64,000 nt of DNA, taken from IMG/VR virus record IMGVR_UViG_3300028888_000044, positions 259,539 to 323,538 of that record. One strand, 5' to 3'. The translations under genes and the position numbers were made by a program. Under the pieces are notes generated by a model. The model saw only the letters and a list, made by a program, of their open reading frames with translations. It did not search any database and was not told the origin of the DNA. This DNA is from a virus. Lineage: Duplodnaviria > Heunggongvirae > Uroviricota > Caudoviricetes. This document shows positions 23,530-34,135 of the stretch, piece by piece; position 1 is the first letter of the stretch, and every line of letters begins with the position of its first letter.

Positions 23530-25485
23530 ATGGAGTATTCTAAGAATCAATTAAAGCCAATCATCAAGAATTTTGGCATTGATGTAGACAATGACACGAA
23601 TTTCAAGGAAATCATTGGTTTATTTCCAGGGCAAACACCTTATCATATTTGGGCGCTGAATCTGTTCTACAACAAGATTGCCTCAATTGAAATCATTCGT
23701 GCAATCAGAATGTTTTCAATCAAGTACAAGACGATGATTAACAAGTTCGAATTGCAGAACATCGTCCGTTACAAGACCAAGGAACAAATCAAACAACTGC
23801 TTCTTGAAATGACTGGTGCAAAGGCTATCAATGATGTCAAGACCTGTATTGAGCGATTCAACACAGCTCAAAGAGGTTTGCTTAAGGACTATATGTTCGG
23901 TAAAGGCAACACAGACATCACACCACTCGAAGCATCAAAGGATGAGTTCTTGAAAAAGGCTTCATTGTTCCGAAAGTTTGATAATCTCCACATTGTCAAT
24001 CGTAACAATGTTATTTCCTTGTTGTCTGCTTGTTATGACATTAACAGTATTATCAAAGGTATGAAGGAAGCGCTTGAAACTTCGTATTCGTGGAATAGAG
24101 AGGATTTGCTTGACTTCATCAAGCGAGATAAGCGCTGCAAGGATGTAAAGGTTGTATTCGACAATGATGGAATTGTTGTACTTGAGATTCCGACATTTGA
24201 GGCAAGCCGAGCACTTTGCTATACTCGTACACAGTGGTGTTTGACACGAGAGGAATCACACTTCAATAACTACGCAAACAGCTCAAGAAGGTCAAAACAG
24301 TACTTCTATTTTGACTTCAACAAAGATGAGCGCAGTGAGGTAGCACACGTAGGTTTTACCATTGAAGGCGCAAAGATTACATATGCTCACTCAACAAGTA
24401 ACGCTAATCTCGTTATAAATGGCGTTGAAGCTTCAATCAACGGTAAATCAGGTATTATGAAGATTGAGGATATTCTTGAGGCGGCACATGTTGGTAAGGA
24501 GTACTTCTATCATCTTAACGGTCTGACAAACTATCATTGGAATTTTGATTCTGCAAGGAAGTTTGCGAAAGAACAGAGTGGAATGAAAGTTGTATATGAA
24601 AACAAGGACAATGGTATTATAATTGTTCAAGTTTCAAGCCCAAATGCATTCAACCTCTTGTGTTCGAACACTCTTATCAATTACAACAATCTCTTCAACG
24701 ATTCTGTAGAAGTATATTGTGTTCTCGACACCACAAAGGACATTAACAATGCCAATTGTATGGTTACAGTGGTTCTTACTAAAGATATGTTCGGTAGTTG
24801 CACTATTCTAAAAATCCTTAATGCATACGAACAGAATATGGAACAAAAAGCATTCTTCGACACATTCAATCTGACGATGGAAGATATTTGTGATATAAAA
24901 GCCTTGAAGAAAGAGATTTTGTTGCACAAATACATCTATGAGAAGAACGAAACTGAAGCTGTCAATCTGTTGAATGACAATGACTTTGATGTGAACTACA
25001 AGTTCAATGAAATGTCTCCAATTTTTGTTGCAAGCAACAACAAAATGTATAAGACAATCTTCGCTTTGTTGAATCATCCAAGGTTTGACTTTAACACAAA
25101 GGATGCTATTGATGAACCACTTCTTCAGCGTTTCATTTATGATTACAGACGCTTCACAATGGTTGGTGGTGAGCAGACTGATTTTGCCAACATCATTAAG
25201 AGCCTTATCAATAATCCTAATTATGATTGCAATACGGTTAACTGCAACTTGGACTCTCCACTTATGGTTGCTGCCGAAAACAACATCACTAATTGGGTTG
25301 TAAAGCTTCTGCTTGCCAAGGACGGTATCAATGTGAACCTTGTCAATGATGTGAACAGAACAGCATTGGGAAATGCAATGTTCTTCAAGAACGAAGAGGC
25401 TGTTAAAATGCTTTCTGAAGCTCATATCAATATGACAGAAGAAGATACGAGTCTAGCAGCTAATTATGCAACCATCGTTCACTAA
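23530..25485 (+). CDS. TxWC-domain protein with C-terminal ankyrin repeats
   Basis: TQWCLTREESHFNNY; ankyrin-like SPIFVAS, DSPLMVAAENN, RTALGNAM repeats. Confidence 0.82.
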   Translation: MEYSKNQLKPIIKNFGIDVDNDTNFKEIIGLFPGQTPYHIWALNLFYNKIASIEIIRAIRMFSIKYKTMINKFELQNIVRYKTKEQIKQLLLEMTGAKAINDVKTCIERFNTAQRGLLKDYMFGKGNTDITPLEASKDEFLKKASLFRKFDNLHIVNRNNVISLLSACYDINSIIKGMKEALETSYSWNREDLLDFIKRDKRCKDVKVVFDNDGIVVLEIPTFEASRALCYTRTQWCLTREESHFNNYANSSRRSKQYFYFDFNKDERSEVAHVGFTIEGAKITYAHSTSNANLVINGVEASINGKSGIMKIEDILEAAHVGKEYFYHLNGLTNYHWNFDSARKFAKEQSGMKVVYENKDNGIIIVQVSSPNAFNLLCSNTLINYNNLFNDSVEVYCVLDTTKDINNANCMVTVVLTKDMFGSCTILKILNAYEQNMEQKAFFDTFNLTMEDICDIKALKKEILLHKYIYEKNETEAVNLLNDNDFDVNYKFNEMSPIFVASNNKMYKTIFALLNHPRFDFNTKDAIDEPLLQRFIYDYRRFTMVGGEQTDFANIIKSLINNPNYDCNTVNCNLDSPLMVAAENNITNWVVKLLLAKDGINVNLVNDVNRTALGNAMFFKNEEAVKMLSEAHINMTEEDTSLAANYATIVH

Positions 25486-25492
25486 ACTATCC

Positions 25493-25533
25493 AAAAAAAA
25501 ACTTGGCTTTAAATTTAAGCCAAGTTTTTTTTT
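25493..25533 (+). terminator. terminator
   Basis: AAAACTTGGCTT/AAGCCAAGTTTT with T-run. Confidence 0.75.
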
Positions 25534-25571
25534 TATTATATTTTTATATATAATAAATAAAAACATTTTAT

Positions 25572-26375
25572 ATGAATATTATTGATTTACAAAGTCATTC
25601 AAAAGTATATCTAATAGGTGATATACATGGCGGTTTCAGAAAGCTACAAAACACTTTATCTGCTGATAAGAATCGATTTCAAGATTCTGTAATTTTTATA
25701 GCTGGTGATATTGGTTTTGGATTTTCTAGAAACGATGTTTATGAACAAGTATTGGGTGATATTAATCACTGTATGAGTGAGATAAATGCTTACGTGCTGT
25801 TAATCAGAGGTAATCACGATGACCCTTCATATTTTGAGGAAGACAAGTTTGGTTTTACAAATGTCAAAATCCTATCTGACTATACTGTTGTTAAAACTGG
25901 TATTCTTACTACCATATGCATCGGTGGTGGTATTTCAATAGATAGAATGATGAGGCATCAAGGTAGCACTTGGTGGTTAGACGAAACAGTAGAATATGAT
26001 GAAAAAGAAATTGACGAGATAACTGCAAACGGAATCGTCATTGATTCAGTCTTGACACATACATATCCAAGAGTCAGTGAGGTTAAGGGCAATGACAAAG
26101 TACTTGCTGATTGGATGATGTATGACAAATATCTTGAAGAAGACTTGAAGCAAGAAGGTGAGGAAATGGTTAACATACAGAAGAAGCTAGAGTCATTGAA
26201 CCATATAAAGATTTGGATGTTTGGTCATCTTCATGTTTCCCAACTCTTTGTAAACGACAACACTGTCTATGTGCAAGCAGATTGTTCTTTTACTGTATAT
26301 GATATTAACGATGCGTTGAAACTGAAGGATAAGCAGTTGCTAATCAATTGGGATGAAAATAATGAGAATAAATAA
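25572..26375 (+). CDS. calcineurin-like metallophosphoesterase
   Basis: GDIHG, GDIG, RGNHD, THT, FGHLH. Confidence 0.92.
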   Translation: MNIIDLQSHSKVYLIGDIHGGFRKLQNTLSADKNRFQDSVIFIAGDIGFGFSRNDVYEQVLGDINHCMSEINAYVLLIRGNHDDPSYFEEDKFGFTNVKILSDYTVVKTGILTTICIGGGISIDRMMRHQGSTWWLDETVEYDEKEIDEITANGIVIDSVLTHTYPRVSEVKGNDKVLADWMMYDKYLEEDLKQEGEEMVNIQKKLESLNHIKIWMFGHLHVSQLFVNDNTVYVQADCSFTVYDINDALKLKDKQLLINWDENNENK

Positions 26376-26383
26376 TAAATATT

Positions 26384-27157
26384 ATGTCAAATACTCCAAG
26401 TAAGTTTTATTCTGTGATGGTCGTTGGTGATAATCCAGAAGAATTAATGGAAAAATACAAAATAGGCTCTAAAGTAGAAAAGTATATCAAGTTCAAATAT
26501 CTTGATGCTGAAAAGCTTCAGAAGAACAGCTTGAAGATGTTGGGTCAAGTCATTGAGAAGTACAATGCACTTAATTTGTCAAAATACCAAGTGGATGGGC
26601 TTGTAGAAAGAATGAATGCCATTAAGAATATGACACCATTCGAGTATTATCAGACTATCACATATGGTTGTACATATGATGATGAAGGCAATGCGTGGTC
26701 TGATGAAAACCCAAACGGAAAATGGGTGAACTATCAGAAAGGCAATCATTTTTCAGTTCCTTTCATCAACAATATGGGTGAAGAAGTAACGTCTGAAATC
26801 AATTCCAAAATCAATTGGAAGCTTCTTCATCTTCACGATGCTGAATTATATGAGCGTGTATGGGAACTTGCAAAGGAAGGAAGAGAACCAGTAAATGAAG
26901 ATGAGCAAATAATTCGTGACAATATGATGAACAAGCAAGTATATTTGTCAAAGTTCAAGAACAAGGAAGCTTATGTGGCTCACAATTCAGCATATTGGAA
27001 CTATGCTTATCTTGACAAGAATGGATGGATTGATATTGATGATGAGGGTGTTAAGGATATTGATTGGATTCAAAACTTTTATAACAGATTCGTAAAACCG
27101 TTAAAACCACAAGATAGAGTTACAATATTTGAATTTACAAGAAATAGTGATGATTAA
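26384..27157 (+). CDS. hypothetical protein
   Basis: 257-aa ORF in operon. Confidence 0.8.
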   Translation: MSNTPSKFYSVMVVGDNPEELMEKYKIGSKVEKYIKFKYLDAEKLQKNSLKMLGQVIEKYNALNLSKYQVDGLVERMNAIKNMTPFEYYQTITYGCTYDDEGNAWSDENPNGKWVNYQKGNHFSVPFINNMGEEVTSEINSKINWKLLHLHDAELYERVWELAKEGREPVNEDEQIIRDNMMNKQVYLSKFKNKEAYVAHNSAYWNYAYLDKNGWIDIDDEGVKDIDWIQNFYNRFVKPLKPQDRVTIFEFTRNSDD

Positions 27158-27253
27158 AATTAACTTTTATTAACTGTTTGTTTTTATTTTTAAGTTATTT
27201 TTTGGATATAATAGCATTAACAGTGTTATTAAACAAAATTTTCAAATATTAAT

Positions 27254-28252
27254 ATGATTAAGGAAATATTCGATTTTGTTACATTTGATGTAAAATGGGA
27301 TAATGTAAATAAAATCAAGGAATTCAAGAAACTTATTGGAACACAACAGAGTTCTGTATGGCATAAGGAAGGTGATGTGTGGACGCATACACAAATGGTT
27401 GTTCAAAAGATGCAAGAAGAACTTAAGAACAAGGAATGTAGCGATACATTCAAGGCAATTATGATTCTTTCAGCACTGTTCCACGATATTGGCAAGGGTG
27501 AAACAACTTATTTTGATTCACAAGACAATGAATGGCATTCTGCATCACATGACGAGGTTGGATATAATATGACTCGAAAACTGTTGAAGGATGATGATTG
27601 TAAATTCAGAGAGTGTATTGCCTATTTCGTCAAAAACCATATGAAGCCTTTATATATTCCTAATAGCTATAAAGGAATTAGGGATGTCATTACAGTATCT
27701 TGTGATACATTTTACCCAGATATTTGTAATATAGAAAATCTTATTCTGCTAAAAAAGTGCGATTGCCTTGGTTCAATTGTGGACGAAAGTAAAGATAATG
27801 ATTGGCAGAACAAGTTGAATATTGTTGCACAACTTGCAGAGGATTTGTCTTGTAAGGAAAAACCATATAACAGTTTCGATAATTATGTTGCAAAGTACGA
27901 ATATTTCAATATGAATATTGATACTTATCCGACTACACCAAAGCAAGGGGTAAAATTTTATGTACATATTCTATTTGGAGTAACCGATGCTTATGCGTTA
28001 TATGACACGTTGGATAACTATGAGATTGTAAGCAAGGAAAATGTACAAGAAAGACTATCTGATATATACGAATATTTAGATAACGCAAAGAATGTTGCTT
28101 TTGACTCTGATGGTATTGATATAGATACAATTGAAGCCATTATTGAATACATTTATTATAATGGGGGTGGCATTGTGTTCGTATATGGTACAAATTACAG
28201 TGAGAATTTATTGACACCAACCAAATGTATGTCTTATTTAAAAACAAAATAA
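27254..28252 (+). CDS. HD-domain phosphohydrolase (of the type linked to CCA enzymes)
   Basis: WHKEGDVWTHT...ALFHDIGK...HDEVG...HM. Confidence 0.85.
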   Translation: MIKEIFDFVTFDVKWDNVNKIKEFKKLIGTQQSSVWHKEGDVWTHTQMVVQKMQEELKNKECSDTFKAIMILSALFHDIGKGETTYFDSQDNEWHSASHDEVGYNMTRKLLKDDDCKFRECIAYFVKNHMKPLYIPNSYKGIRDVITVSCDTFYPDICNIENLILLKKCDCLGSIVDESKDNDWQNKLNIVAQLAEDLSCKEKPYNSFDNYVAKYEYFNMNIDTYPTTPKQGVKFYVHILFGVTDAYALYDTLDNYEIVSKENVQERLSDIYEYLDNAKNVAFDSDGIDIDTIEAIIEYIYYNGGGIVFVYGTNYSENLLTPTKCMSYLKTK

Positions 28253-29671
28253 ATGACACCACAAAAATTACAAGGTATTGCGAACTATCTTCGTGACAAA
28301 ATCAAAAACACCAAATTTGAAAACCACGTTTTTTTAGTTGGTGGATGCGTTAGAGACTATCTTTTAGGTGATACCGTTAACGATATTGATATTGCTGTTG
28401 ACCTACCAAATGGAGGTGTTGAATTTGCCAATTGGATTACCAAGGAAGAGTTGTGCTACAAGCAAGATTATAATCCTTGCACAGTAGGTAGGATGGATAC
28501 GTGTAGATTCTATTTGTCAACAAAGGAAGACCTCAAATCTGTTGTCTTTGATTGCTGCCAAACTAGGAAAAATCCATCATACTCATTACCAGAAGGAAGC
28601 AAGGTATCTGAAAATCTTGGAACTATTCTGCAAGATGGGGACCTTAGGGATTTGACTGTCAATGCAATGTTTCTTGATGTTTCATCAATGTCTATTACAG
28701 ATGTATGTCACGGTATCGATGATATGCAAGATAAAATCTTGAGGACACCAAACCTACCTAGCGTCACATTCAAGGATGACCCATTGCGTATGATGAGAGT
28801 AATCCGTTTTGCTACAAAGTATGGGTGGGGTATTGAGAAGAATACTTGGTTAGGTATTGTTGAGCATCACAATCTGATTACTTCTGTAAGTGTTGAAAGA
28901 TTCAAGGATGAGCTTAACCAAATACTATTGAGTCCTTGCCCTAGCGTCGGTCTAAAGAAGCTTATGGCTTCTGGTATGCTGTACGATATGATTCCACAAT
29001 TGTACAATCTCAATCACGTTGGTGAATCTCTTAATGTAAAGATTCCTTTTAATATATGGGAAAAGACATTGGAAGAAGTTGACGAAACTGAACCAAGATT
29101 GATTAACAGATTGGCTGCACTGTTTCGTTGTGTAGGAAAGGCTACCGCAGTAAAGTACATTGAAGGTAATATCAAGTTTTATGGTTATGAGGCAATTAGT
29201 GTAAATGTAACTAGCGCTATACTTAGAACTCTTAAATATCCTAATCATATTATCGATGCCGTTGCACTTTGCATTAGGTATCATTCATATTTCAGCAACT
29301 ATCTTATTCACAGTCTACAGCCATCAAAGAAGACTGTTAGGAAATTCTTAACTGAAGTCGGTGATTGGAAGCCAAATGTACTTGATTTGACTAGGGCAGT
29401 AGCTATTGTTGAGAACATTATTGCATTTAATAACTTCACAGATTTGAAGTGTATAATCAGTGACACGGAGGCAGAACTTGACTATACTAATTTCAAGATA
29501 CCAATTACTGGTGATGAAATTATGAAAAGCTTGAATTTAAGCCCTTCACCTTTAATAGGAAAGATTATTGAGCATTTGAAAGACAAATATCTTGATAACC
29601 CTTCACTTACAAAGGAAGAACTATTGCAGATGGCTGAAGATTACAAGTTGTCTATAGTCTCATTAGAATAA
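28253..29671 (+). CDS. cca: CCA-adding tRNA nucleotidyltransferase (class II)
   Basis: LVGGCVRDYLLG, DIDIAV, RDLTVNAM, DDPLRMMRVIRF, SVERFKDELNQIL. Confidence 0.9.
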   Translation: MTPQKLQGIANYLRDKIKNTKFENHVFLVGGCVRDYLLGDTVNDIDIAVDLPNGGVEFANWITKEELCYKQDYNPCTVGRMDTCRFYLSTKEDLKSVVFDCCQTRKNPSYSLPEGSKVSENLGTILQDGDLRDLTVNAMFLDVSSMSITDVCHGIDDMQDKILRTPNLPSVTFKDDPLRMMRVIRFATKYGWGIEKNTWLGIVEHHNLITSVSVERFKDELNQILLSPCPSVGLKKLMASGMLYDMIPQLYNLNHVGESLNVKIPFNIWEKTLEEVDETEPRLINRLAALFRCVGKATAVKYIEGNIKFYGYEAISVNVTSAILRTLKYPNHIIDAVALCIRYHSYFSNYLIHSLQPSKKTVRKFLTEVGDWKPNVLDLTRAVAIVENIIAFNNFTDLKCIISDTEAELDYTNFKIPITGDEIMKSLNLSPSPLIGKIIEHLKDKYLDNPSLTKEELLQMAEDYKLSIVSLE

Positions 29672-29712
29672 AAAAAAAGAACCACTATTTACGAATAGTG
29701 GTTCTTTTTTTT
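29671..29712 (+). terminator. terminator
   Basis: AAAAGAACCACTATT/AATAGTGGTTCTTTT. Confidence 0.8.
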
Positions 29713-29744
29713 ATATTTATATTAGAAATATAGTTTATTTTATT

Positions 29745-31778
29745 ATGAGAAAGAGCAAACAAGATATAGTACAAGAAATCTATGATATTGACAGCTATTC
29801 AACACCAGATAGTGTTTCGTTATATGATACTGATGATGAATATTACAGTTTTAATGAAGGCTATGACTATTATATGGCATATCCATTCTATTATAATATA
29901 ACAGAAGACAAATTAATTGTGGGTTATGCTGCATCAACTCATTTGGATATGATGTCATTAGATGATTTTGATGATAAAGATAATTTTGCTAAAGGACGAA
30001 TATGGGTAACTGAAGATGAAGAGTTTTCTTGTGTCTTTGCCTTATGGAACCACGAAAGGTTTGCGCAGTATATTGGACAGTTGTTGTGTGATTATTTCTC
30101 AATTGACCCAACTACAGCAATATATGTGGAAGGCGATAAATTGTTCTATCTGATAGATATGGAAGAAGTTGAAATAGAAGAGCAAGACGAGGAAACCAAA
30201 GAAGAATTGGAAAAAATAAGCAGTGAAAATCAAGAAGAAAAAAAGAAAGAAATTCAACAAATACATCTTGCAAACCAAGAAGCTAAAAGGGAGGCACTTG
30301 CAGATTTCAGAAACGATAGGGATAAAAATATTGCTGATAAAATAAAGAATGGAGGTTTCGAAAGTGAAGCTGAATACAGATTCTATAACGGTTTGAATGA
30401 GGAAATAAAGAATTTCAGACCAGATGAGTTTTCATTCGAAGGTGAAAAATATACTTATTATTGGGTTCCAAAATGGTGTAAATCATATGTTTTTATTAGA
30501 AAGAGTTTGAATGATGAATTATTGGTTGATGATTGTGGTACACATTTTGACCTAGCCGAATACAATGTTGATGATGATGAGCTTGGTTATCTTGGTGATG
30601 ATGATGAAAGAGATTTTGGCGATGCTGTTAGTGATTGGTTGTCAGACCAAATATGCGGACGAGTTTATGTTACACCAGTGAAAAAATATTCTTGTATTAT
30701 AGTTGTATGGAATTATCCAGAAATTGTAAAGGATTATTATGTTGAGTTATGCAATAAAGTTGGTGCAGACCCTAAAAGGGCAATATTATTGACAAAACAC
30801 GATGTTATATGGCTTAATAACAATAAAGACTATACTGTTACTGATGACTACGAATTGGATACATTCAGACAAATACACTTGGCTAACCAAAAGGAAAAGA
30901 AAAAGTTCTTCTCTCAATTCAAAATGAATCGAGATATGAACAGAGCCGAGAAATATAGGAAGGAAGGTTGGGGTAATGCATCCCAAGCAGAAATTAATTT
31001 CTGGAGAAATAAAGGTCTTGATGAGTCCAAATTGCTCAAAGAGGAAGACTATATGAGTAATATTAACCAATTGAGGACAAAATTTGCATCAATTAATATT
31101 ATGCTTTCAAAAAGATATAATATATGCAAGAAATTATCAACTAACTTGGATGAAATATTAAATTATATCATTAGACAACCAAAATTCTCTGAAAGAGCTT
31201 TATGTGCTGTTTCTCAATACCATAAGATACGTAATCATAAACCTATTATAGCCACTTGTGCAAACAATATTCAAGTTAATGATATTCTTAATATAGTAGG
31301 AACTAATAGGCAATTTCTAAAGGATTATTTCAATGAGGTATTAGTACCTTTAAATCAAGAGCTTTTTAATTATACAGATAATAAAATAAAAAAGCTTAAA
31401 AAAATAATCCCTTCAGATTTAAAGAATACTGATAATGTAAACAAAGTGCTGTCTGATATAATTTATTACACTCGTATTTTCAATGAAGATATTGAAAGGA
31501 AATACAACAATGAATTTGCAAATACGTATGACAAATTAGATGCATATTTCGAAAGCGATACTAACATTAATGATGGTGTTATTGCTTTTTGTGAAAAAGC
31601 GTTAGTAAATGAATGTACAAAATTTTATTATATTTGCGGATATTATTGTATGCTGCAATTAATCAATTATATACTTGCTAAAAGTACTGTACAGTTAAAT
31701 GCAAAATCAATACAAGAATTAACAAGATTTGCTAACTATGCACAAAACATGGCTCAAACAAAAGAATTAATTGTATAA
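29745..31778 (+). CDS. multidomain acidic protein with internal repeat, probable virion internal protein
   Basis: Two copies of QIHLANQ...GLNEE/GLDES module; ATATTTAT at 29713. Confidence 0.75.
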   Translation: MRKSKQDIVQEIYDIDSYSTPDSVSLYDTDDEYYSFNEGYDYYMAYPFYYNITEDKLIVGYAASTHLDMMSLDDFDDKDNFAKGRIWVTEDEEFSCVFALWNHERFAQYIGQLLCDYFSIDPTTAIYVEGDKLFYLIDMEEVEIEEQDEETKEELEKISSENQEEKKKEIQQIHLANQEAKREALADFRNDRDKNIADKIKNGGFESEAEYRFYNGLNEEIKNFRPDEFSFEGEKYTYYWVPKWCKSYVFIRKSLNDELLVDDCGTHFDLAEYNVDDDELGYLGDDDERDFGDAVSDWLSDQICGRVYVTPVKKYSCIIVVWNYPEIVKDYYVELCNKVGADPKRAILLTKHDVIWLNNNKDYTVTDDYELDTFRQIHLANQKEKKKFFSQFKMNRDMNRAEKYRKEGWGNASQAEINFWRNKGLDESKLLKEEDYMSNINQLRTKFASINIMLSKRYNICKKLSTNLDEILNYIIRQPKFSERALCAVSQYHKIRNHKPIIATCANNIQVNDILNIVGTNRQFLKDYFNEVLVPLNQELFNYTDNKIKKLKKIIPSDLKNTDNVNKVLSDIIYYTRIFNEDIERKYNNEFANTYDKLDAYFESDTNINDGVIAFCEKALVNECTKFYYICGYYCMLQLINYILAKSTVQLNAKSIQELTRFANYAQNMAQTKELIV

Positions 31779-31857
31779 TAAGGTTTTTATGTTTATTTTT
31801 AATATTTATAATAAAATATACATATATTATAATCTAACAAAAACTTTTTAGTTTATT

Positions 31858-34101
31858 ATGGGAAAAATACATTTATTACATGTGAAGAGCTGCAAGCCAA
31901 CTGTAGCTGGTGGAAACGAACCAAAGCTTCCAACCATTGACCATATTGAATATGGTGAACTTGCCATAAATTACGGCAAAGGATTTGAAACATTATCAAT
32001 CAGAAACAACGAAGACGAAATCTTTCCTTTTAATATGAGGAAGGCAACAATCGTACAAGACACATATTTGAGTGGTGTTTCAGTCAACGATATTGATGCT
32101 GAAGTTACAGACCACGTTGCAGAATTGTCAATCAGTGGTAGTGACATCAATGTTGGTGATTATGAGTCTGTTGAATATAATCCATTATTCAGTGGGGCAG
32201 TCAATGTTAGCGGTAGCCAAACGGTTGCAGATGCATTCAATGCCGTTGAGACAACTGTTTCAGAATTAACTGATAAGGTTATAGAAGATGAACAAGTAAC
32301 ATCAAAAGCAATCAAGAAATTGGCAGAAGCTGCTGGTACTATTGATGAAAATAACGAGATAGCCTATAATGCGCACGATGATGCAAATTACATCAGTGCT
32401 GCGACAAATATTGACGAAGCTACTGTAATTCTTGATGGAGCAATACACGATTTGGCTGAAGAGTTAGAGGACAAGATTGACAATGTTAATGTCAATGGAG
32501 TTCTTGGAACAGTAGAAAATGGAATTTCCAATGTAACAATCAGTGGCAGTGACATCAATGTTGGTGATTATAAGTCTGTTGAATATAATCCATCATTCAG
32601 TGGAGCAGTCAATGTCTCTAGCGGTCAAACGGTTGCAGATGCATTCAATGCCGTTGAGACCACTATTTCTGGTTTAACAGATAGGGTTATAGAAGATGAA
32701 CAAGTAACATCAAAAGCAATCAAGAAATTGGCAGAAGCTGCTGGTACTATTGATGGAAATGACGAAATAGTCTACAATGTGCACGATGATGCAAATTACA
32801 TCAGCGCTGCAACAAACATTGATGATGCTACTTTAATTCTTGATGGTGCTATATACGATTTAAGTTGTAAATCTTTGGAAAATATTGTTGTAAATGGTAT
32901 TAATGGAACAGTATCAAACAATATAGCAAGTGTTGACTTGGATGGCCATTATGTGCAAATTGGACAATATGAGACTGTAGCTTATCCACAAGAATTCATT
33001 TCTGCTGAAACAGTAAGTAGTGCTGACACAGTATCTGATGCAGTAAATAAGGTAGAAAATACACTTGCTACACTTACTACAGAGGTTATTAAGAACGAAT
33101 TAGTTGTTTCAAATGCCATTATTGATTTGACTGAATCGGCTGGTTTAGTTAATGAAGATAACAATATAGTGTATGAGGCAAATCCAAATGCTAACTATAT
33201 CAATACCGCACAGAATCTTGTTGATGCAGATAATATTCTTGATGCTGCGATAAATGCCTTAGCTGACGCAACTCGCAATGATATAAATAATGTTGTTGTT
33301 AATGGAGTTACTGGTACTGTTACAAATAAAGTGGCAAATGTTACTCTTGGAAGCTCAGATGTAAATATTAACAATTATACAGCAGTTACATATCCATCAA
33401 TTATGTCGGGTGCTCCAACAGTAAATAACGGAGACAGTATTTCGCAAGCATTTAATGATGTAGAAAATGCAATTTCTGGTTTAGCCTACTATGTTGAGAA
33501 TCATGTTGATGAATATGAACCAAATACTGATGACACATATATTTCAGCAGCAACAAGTTTACAAAATGCTGATGATATATTAGATGCTGCATTAGCTGAC
33601 CTTAGCGGTAAGTCATTGACAACTGTCAATGTTAATGGTATTAGTGGTACAGTAGTTAACAACATTCAAACAATTGAAGTAGATGGCTTTGACATCAATG
33701 TAGGTGCTGAATATAGTGCAGCAACATATCCATCCGCATTCACTAGTGCAACACCAGTTAATACATCTGACAGTGTTTCTGAAGCATTGGAAAACATTGA
33801 AACTTCTGTCGCTCATCTTACTAATGAAGTTATTGAAAATGAAAGAGTAACAGAAAAAGGCTTTGAGAAAGTAGCAAGAGCAGCTGGTATTACAAAAGAA
33901 GATGGTTCAATTGCATATGTAATTAATACATCAGCTCATTATATTAATATAGCTGGTAGCCTTAAGGATGCTGATGATATTCTTGATACTCAATTGTATG
34001 GACTTGTTGAACGAATAGTTTCACTTGAATCGCAAATCGAAAACTTGGCAAATGCAATAAATGCATTGGATGCAAGGGTTACTGCATTGGAAAACCAATA
34101 A
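31858..34101 (+). CDS. repeat-rich fibrous structural protein (tail-fibre-like)
   Basis: N-terminal YGELAINY; ~5 repeats of ~130 aa (VNGVxGTV...INVGxY...YISAATN...ILD); C-terminal heptad coiled coil. Confidence 0.7.
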   Translation: MGKIHLLHVKSCKPTVAGGNEPKLPTIDHIEYGELAINYGKGFETLSIRNNEDEIFPFNMRKATIVQDTYLSGVSVNDIDAEVTDHVAELSISGSDINVGDYESVEYNPLFSGAVNVSGSQTVADAFNAVETTVSELTDKVIEDEQVTSKAIKKLAEAAGTIDENNEIAYNAHDDANYISAATNIDEATVILDGAIHDLAEELEDKIDNVNVNGVLGTVENGISNVTISGSDINVGDYKSVEYNPSFSGAVNVSSGQTVADAFNAVETTISGLTDRVIEDEQVTSKAIKKLAEAAGTIDGNDEIVYNVHDDANYISAATNIDDATLILDGAIYDLSCKSLENIVVNGINGTVSNNIASVDLDGHYVQIGQYETVAYPQEFISAETVSSADTVSDAVNKVENTLATLTTEVIKNELVVSNAIIDLTESAGLVNEDNNIVYEANPNANYINTAQNLVDADNILDAAINALADATRNDINNVVVNGVTGTVTNKVANVTLGSSDVNINNYTAVTYPSIMSGAPTVNNGDSISQAFNDVENAISGLAYYVENHVDEYEPNTDDTYISAATSLQNADDILDAALADLSGKSLTTVNVNGISGTVVNNIQTIEVDGFDINVGAEYSAATYPSAFTSATPVNTSDSVSEALENIETSVAHLTNEVIENERVTEKGFEKVARAAGITKEDGSIAYVINTSAHYINIAGSLKDADDILDTQLYGLVERIVSLESQIENLANAINALDARVTALENQ
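32131..32862 (+). repeat. near-identical intragenic duplication, 408-nt period
   Basis: ATCAGTGG(T/C)AGTGACATCAATGTTGGTGATTA... at 32131 and 32539 with long identical stretches. Confidence 0.85.
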
Positions 34102-34135
34102 TATAAAGTACTAATAGTTACAAACATTCATCTTT

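Noticed and set aside
24808-25425. 205-aa minus-strand ORF and similar antisense or alternate-frame ORFs in the track (e.g. 3516-3914, 50620-51015, 54021-54389, 38506-38739)
   Set aside because: These are shadows of well-supported genes on the other strand or frame, with no motifs.
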